Shown one piece after another: positions 35,425 to 39,738 of a stretch of 39,738 nt of DNA (position 1 is its first letter; every line of letters begins with the position of its first letter). This DNA is from a virus (taxonomy: Duplodnaviria > Caudoviricetes): IMG/VR virus record IMGVR_UViG_3300012952_000006, positions 1-39,738 of that record, one strand, 5' to 3'. Below the pieces are notes generated by a model. The model was given only the letters and a program-made list of their open reading frames with translations, did not search any database and had not been told where the DNA came from. A program made the translations under genes and the position numbers.

Positions 35425-37466
35425 TGCCTAAGTTCGACCGAAAGAGGCTGTCTCGCGGAACTAAGCTTGTTCCGTCTCAGTTGACAGACCCTCTATCAAG
35501 CGCAGCCGCCACAGGCATTGCCAAGAACATCAACACGGCAGGTCTTGACAACGACAACGTGGAGAGGAAGTGGGGCTCCTTTAGGGTCAACCTGTCTGTT
35601 CCTTACATCGAGGGTAGGTTCCAAGAGGTCGGTGACGTGTTCGCTGGTAATGGCAACGTATCAAAGCCGTTCTCCATCCCGTTCATGCTTCCCCCGCTAC
35701 AGGACTTCTTCTTCTATGACACCTTTGAGGACCGGCGGTATCCAAACGTAACCACCAACCCTCCCCCGGCGGTGGTGCTGGACGAGGTGTCGATCTCTGT
35801 AGATCAGCGCGCAGAGCCAACGGCGCTGGCTAGCCAGTTCCTTGGAGCTCCTTACGGCAACAGCTCAGAGATGGGCCGGATGGACTTCACCAACTGGGAC
35901 GCGATGACAATGCGCGTCTCCATCCTGTCGAAGAACATTCACTTCCTAGACATCACAACCCCGTACAACCCCAACACCATCTGGACCGTTGAGGCCGCCT
36001 ACAACCAATGGGCGGCTCAAGGCCCGTTCGTCGTCAAGGACATAGCCAAGGCGGTTGATCCCTGGAAGACGCTGACGCTCACTATTGAGTTTCCTGACCT
36101 GGCGGCGAAAGACGTTGCTGTCGCGAACATCAACGTGGACCTCAAGTTCAAGCACGAGCTTGTAGAGCGCGGCACCTCTGCTGCTCCCCCTCAGGTTCAG
36201 AACAGCCCGCCGCTCGCTGACGACAGGCAGACGCGAGAGTCCAAGGCTCAGGACGTTGTGACCGTTGTCACTCCTGCTACGGACTCGTTGATCCAGGCCA
36301 ACGACGCCGTGAGCAACGACGGCATATCCGATAACCTTGGTGTGATCGACGAAGCTGTGGCGGCAAAGTTCAAGGGTGGCATTGACAAGTATGGAGAGGT
36401 AGGTCCCGTTGAGGAACTCAAGAACGACGCGGGCTACTTCGTCATGGCTGTCCCCCTGTTCTCCAACAGGAGAAACGGGGGGATCAGCCCATACGATGTA
36501 GAGAACGAGCCATACGTGGGCCCAGGCGCACAGTCCGCCCTGTGGGACAGGCGCATCATTCCGATCACCTACCCCATGGAGATCCACCACGTCATCCTCG
36601 CGTACAACTGGCAGGGCTGGATCAGCTATCCACAGCAATGGGGAGGCGGCACCAACAACCAGCTCAAGGTGCCGCAGACCACCATGTTTGCCGTAGACGT
36701 GGGTGTTGGTATTGCGACCGGCCTCAAGGGGGACGACTTCCAGTACGAGCAGGTTGCCGACCTGAGCGTGCGTCAGCCAAACTTGCAGGCTGGCACCTGG
36801 GGCATGGGCCTCATTGATTTGGTCAAGACCGCTAGCTTCAGCGCCTACGGCAGGTTTGGCGTCAGCTCTGGCTATGTGGGGTGGGACTGGGATTTGCTAG
36901 ACGTGCCAATCGTCGGCAACCAGGGCAGGGGGTTTTCCACACAAGGGGAGCCCTACTACGCAGGCAGGTCTTGGACGCCAACCGCTATCGATCAAGCTGG
37001 CGCAACGGTGCGCACCAACGTTGTGCAGGGAGATGCGTCCGAGCGAGCCCCTCGCACCAACGGGCAAGAGGAGTGGCTCGAGGTCCGCATGAGGATCTCC
37101 GACAACCTTGTTGGCGGGGCGACCTCTGCGGCAGTAACGGTTCCCGGCTCCGGCTACTCATATAACACCTCAAACCCCACAACCGGCGGAAGCGGAAGCG
37201 GGCTCACTCTTGTCGTTCAAGAGGTTGCTGGCGCGATCACAATGGTGACGGTCAACGACCCAGGCACCGGCTATACCGATGGTGACATTGTTGCGGTTAC
37301 TGGTGGCGATGGGGCAGGCAGGGTCACCATCGGAGTGGCGAGCGGCCTCGAGCTCACTGACGACGCATCAGGCGCGTTTACAGGGGGAGCCCAGTCGGCT
37401 GATACTTTCATCTCGGGGTATCAGGGCCATTGGGTGTACATTATTGGAAAGAAGTTTCTGACCTAG
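35424..37466 (+). CDS. Tail structural protein with one G(T/S)GY module
   Basis: 680 aa, beta-rich; PGSGY...PGTGYTDGD near the C-terminus. Confidence 0.65.
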   Translation: MPKFDRKRLSRGTKLVPSQLTDPLSSAAATGIAKNINTAGLDNDNVERKWGSFRVNLSVPYIEGRFQEVGDVFAGNGNVSKPFSIPFMLPPLQDFFFYDTFEDRRYPNVTTNPPPAVVLDEVSISVDQRAEPTALASQFLGAPYGNSSEMGRMDFTNWDAMTMRVSILSKNIHFLDITTPYNPNTIWTVEAAYNQWAAQGPFVVKDIAKAVDPWKTLTLTIEFPDLAAKDVAVANINVDLKFKHELVERGTSAAPPQVQNSPPLADDRQTRESKAQDVVTVVTPATDSLIQANDAVSNDGISDNLGVIDEAVAAKFKGGIDKYGEVGPVEELKNDAGYFVMAVPLFSNRRNGGISPYDVENEPYVGPGAQSALWDRRIIPITYPMEIHHVILAYNWQGWISYPQQWGGGTNNQLKVPQTTMFAVDVGVGIATGLKGDDFQYEQVADLSVRQPNLQAGTWGMGLIDLVKTASFSAYGRFGVSSGYVGWDWDLLDVPIVGNQGRGFSTQGEPYYAGRSWTPTAIDQAGATVRTNVVQGDASERAPRTNGQEEWLEVRMRISDNLVGGATSAAVTVPGSGYSYNTSNPTTGGSGSGLTLVVQEVAGAITMVTVNDPGTGYTDGDIVAVTGGDGAGRVTIGVASGLELTDDASGAFTGGAQSADTFISGYQGHWVYIIGKKFLT

Positions 37467-37479
37467 TCAGGGGGAAGGC

Positions 37480-38322
37480 ATGGCGTCTGAGATAAAATCA
37501 AGCCCAGTTACGGCGAAATATGGAGACAAGTCGTCGCTTCTCGCGTCTTTGAGCCCGCTCACTCAAGAGGTTCAACAGCGCGAAGAGATGAAGGCTGCCA
37601 ATGAAGCTCTCATCTCGGCTGCGAAGAAGGACCAGGCGAGAAGGGAGGGCATTCTCCAGCAGGCTCAGACCGCAGGCAGGCGTCAGGCTGCGGAAGGAAT
37701 GCTGCAGGCTACGAGAGGCATGGAGGTGGGAACGGGTGCCACTGCTGCCATGGGGCGGCAGGCTGCGGCAGACACTCTGATGCAGGAGCAGCAGATGGCG
37801 GCGGCCAGGGCGGCAGAGTCGCCTGAGTTTGACATGGCGCAACTCCAGGCAGATGTCCTCGCAAAGACGCAGGCCATGGGCACATCTATGACAGACCGCG
37901 TCGGCAAGATGACCTCCTACGCAGAGATCATCAACTCCTACGAGAAGGGCGCTGCGCGCGATGAGGCGATCAAGGCTCTCCTGTCCCTGGAGGCGGGGCA
38001 GGCAAGCCCAGACTGGTGGGTGATTGAACAGCTTAACCAGCAGCTCAGTCGCCCAATGGCAGAGTACTCCGTGCCTGATGTTGCGAGCCCGATGGGCGAG
38101 TGGTATCTGGACGAAGAATCTGGCAAGTGGCTCAAGAAAGATCCTTATGGTTCTGGCCAAATATATACTGGAGAAGGGACCCCTGAGGGGGCTATGCCCG
38201 CAGGCCAGACGAGTCAATGGATCCATGTTGGCAACGGGTGGTGGCAGCGGACGACGTTGGATGAGTCCGGCTACCCATCCACAGATAGCGTATACAGCCC
38301 AGGCGGGCCTCCGAGCGCATGA
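37480..38322 (+). CDS. Probable internal virion/ejection protein
   Basis: Ala/Gln/Met-rich helical N-terminal half and Trp/Gly-rich C-terminus; first of three ORFs of increasing size. Confidence 0.55.
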   Translation: MASEIKSSPVTAKYGDKSSLLASLSPLTQEVQQREEMKAANEALISAAKKDQARREGILQQAQTAGRRQAAEGMLQATRGMEVGTGATAAMGRQAAADTLMQEQQMAAARAAESPEFDMAQLQADVLAKTQAMGTSMTDRVGKMTSYAEIINSYEKGAARDEAIKALLSLEAGQASPDWWVIEQLNQQLSRPMAEYSVPDVASPMGEWYLDEESGKWLKKDPYGSGQIYTGEGTPEGAMPAGQTSQWIHVGNGWWQRTTLDESGYPSTDSVYSPGGPPSA

Positions 38323-38331
38323 GGGGTATAG

Positions 38332-39738
38332 ATGGCACGCATTAGACCAGGGACAATGCCTGTGCGCCTTCCGGGCGTGGCTCAGGTCATTCAGCAGGTA
38401 TCGCCTCAAAGGTGGACGCCCAATCAGGTTGAAGTCATGCAGGAGGCGGAGCGGATCCGCAAACGCCAAGAGGCGGGCGAGTCCGTTGACCCCCGTGACA
38501 TCATGGCGTGGGCGCAGCTCGCGCAGTTTGTCCTGAAGGACGACACCCTTGTTGGTGGCTTGGTCAACATGTTGAGCCGGAAGTCCAGGGAGTCTGCCGC
38601 CAAGGAGCGCGATGAGCGGCGTGCTGCTATGGCGCGGGAAGAGTCTGCTGCCCAGGACATGCGGGATATGCAGGCCAGGGGCGAGTGGCCCATGGCAGTT
38701 CCAAACCTGCAGCAGCAGCATGATGAATCAATTCAGGAACTAGAAGCCAGAGGCATTGCTCCTCCACCTATGCCAGAGGCTCCCGTTGCGCAGGAGCAGA
38801 TCACCGAGACGGTTGCCGAGACCCCTGCCCCCGCGCAACCCGCTCCAGACCAGCCAATCACTCGGCAGCAGGTCTACCAAGATCTGCTCAGGGAGGAGTC
38901 AGAGCAGCGCAAGTCAGAGCTCGCAAACATCGAGAAGGTGGTGCGCGAGCGTGAGCTTACGGTGTCTGACCTGTACGGATTGGCCGCCACAGCCAAGAGC
39001 CCTGAGGTGGTGCGCACCCTGATGGCGATGGTGCCCAAGGTTGTGGAGCAGGACCCCGCATATGCGCCGCGTAGCTTGGCAGAGCTTCTGTTCGGCGGCA
39101 CTGACAAGACTCAGCAGATTAGCAAGGAACTCATCAGCCTGTGGGGCCAGTCGCAGAAGGCGCGGCGCGGCGACGACTACACCAGGCGAGTGGAGCGCAT
39201 GACGAAGGCGGAAGAGCGCCTGCGGCGTTTGCCAAGCAGAGTGGAGGAGGCTCAAGCCGGTGCTGGGCTGAAGCGCGAGAAAACAACCGAGCTTAAAGAG
39301 AGGCGTCCCACGCGGATCGACCTCGACAAGGCTCGTGCCGAGAACCTGAGGGCAATGGCAGAGTGGCGAAGGACTCTCAGCACCAAAGAGAAGAGACGGT
39401 GGGAAAGGTGGCTCAAGCGCAAGCCCAAGACCCAAGGACTAAGCGCACAGGCGAAGGACGTGGTCGCCGCATACGCTCAGTGGCTTGATGCCGTCACGTC
39501 TGGCAAGCCAGCTCCAGCCGGACCCTACAGCGCGTTTGGTGTAAACGACATGGCGCGCGTGCATGAGAAGGTGACCTCGGTCGTCGTTCAGCCGCTTATT
39601 GGGCAGAAGCGCGTTCATGATGACGCTGTTGCTTTGATCAAGAACATGGAGGCGCGTGCGAAGAAGAAGGCTGCGGGAAGCGCTGGCGCTCAGACGGCAG
39701 AAGAGAAGCGCCTTTGGGACAAGATCAACTACTGGACG
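38332..39738 (+). CDS. Probable internal virion/ejection protein, 546 aa when joined to 1-357 (not in the ORF track)
   Basis: ATG 38332 after GAGGGG; MARIRPGTMPVRLPG...; I read no stop codon to the window end. Confidence 0.8.
   Translation, partial: MARIRPGTMPVRLPGVAQVIQQVSPQRWTPNQVEVMQEAERIRKRQEAGESVDPRDIMAWAQLAQFVLKDDTLVGGLVNMLSRKSRESAAKERDERRAAMAREESAAQDMRDMQARGEWPMAVPNLQQQHDESIQELEARGIAPPPMPEAPVAQEQITETVAETPAPAQPAPDQPITRQQVYQDLLREESEQRKSELANIEKVVRERELTVSDLYGLAATAKSPEVVRTLMAMVPKVVEQDPAYAPRSLAELLFGGTDKTQQISKELISLWGQSQKARRGDDYTRRVERMTKAEERLRRLPSRVEEAQAGAGLKREKTTELKERRPTRIDLDKARAENLRAMAEWRRTLSTKEKRRWERWLKRKPKTQGLSAQAKDVVAAYAQWLDAVTSGKPAPAGPYSAFGVNDMARVHEKVTSVVVQPLIGQKRVHDDAVALIKNMEARAKKKAAGSAGAQTAEEKRLWDKINYWT
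39616..39738. repeat. Terminal direct repeat copy 2 (123 bp)
   Basis: Identical to 1-123. Confidence 0.95.

Noticed and set aside
33464-37466. Diversity-generating retroelement or invertible tail cassette
   Set aside because: No reverse transcriptase, invertase or near-identical template/variable repeat pair was seen; the GxGY modules are diverged at the DNA level.
37498-38721. 407-aa minus-strand ORF, and similar long antisense ORFs at 27772-29115 and 24441-25466
   Set aside because: They lie opposite well-supported, coupled plus-strand genes and have low-information shadow composition.

Overview
The window is an apparently complete, circularly assembled dsDNA tailed-phage genome of 39,615 bp: bases 39616-39738 exactly repeat bases 1-123, and one ORF reads through the join. 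GC is roughly 60% by eye. The virion genes are podovirus-like: TerS, TerL, scaffold, major capsid, P22-like portal, adaptor, nozzle, tail proteins and large ejection proteins, with no tape measure or sheath gene. A leftward early arm (16697->10102) carries small hypotheticals and a Sak4-like ATPase / DUF669-like SSB / YqaJ exonuclease recombination module, driven by two TTGACA-17-TACTGT promoters. A rightward arm carries an XRE regulator, DnaB-like helicase, C5 cytosine methyltransferase, Mom-like protein, RuvC-like resolvase, holin plus transglycosylase, packaging and structural genes, then an M15 endolysin and a second lysis-like cluster. I recognise no integrase, DNA polymerase, primase, replication initiator, tRNA or CRISPR. 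Highlights: (1) a C5-MTase apparently split across two fully overlapping reading frames that start 2 nt apart behind one Shine-Dalgarno; (2) a stand-alone N-terminal domain of HNH/DUF3883-type nucleases among the early genes; (3) a strand-polarised GCATCGG motif and a TGACA-N3-TGYCA operator set; (4) two paralogous holin-like genes in two separate lysis-like modules; (5) a poly-C/poly-G palindrome within a mini-ORF where a replication initiator would normally sit. All family calls come from motif recognition by eye; no searches were run.
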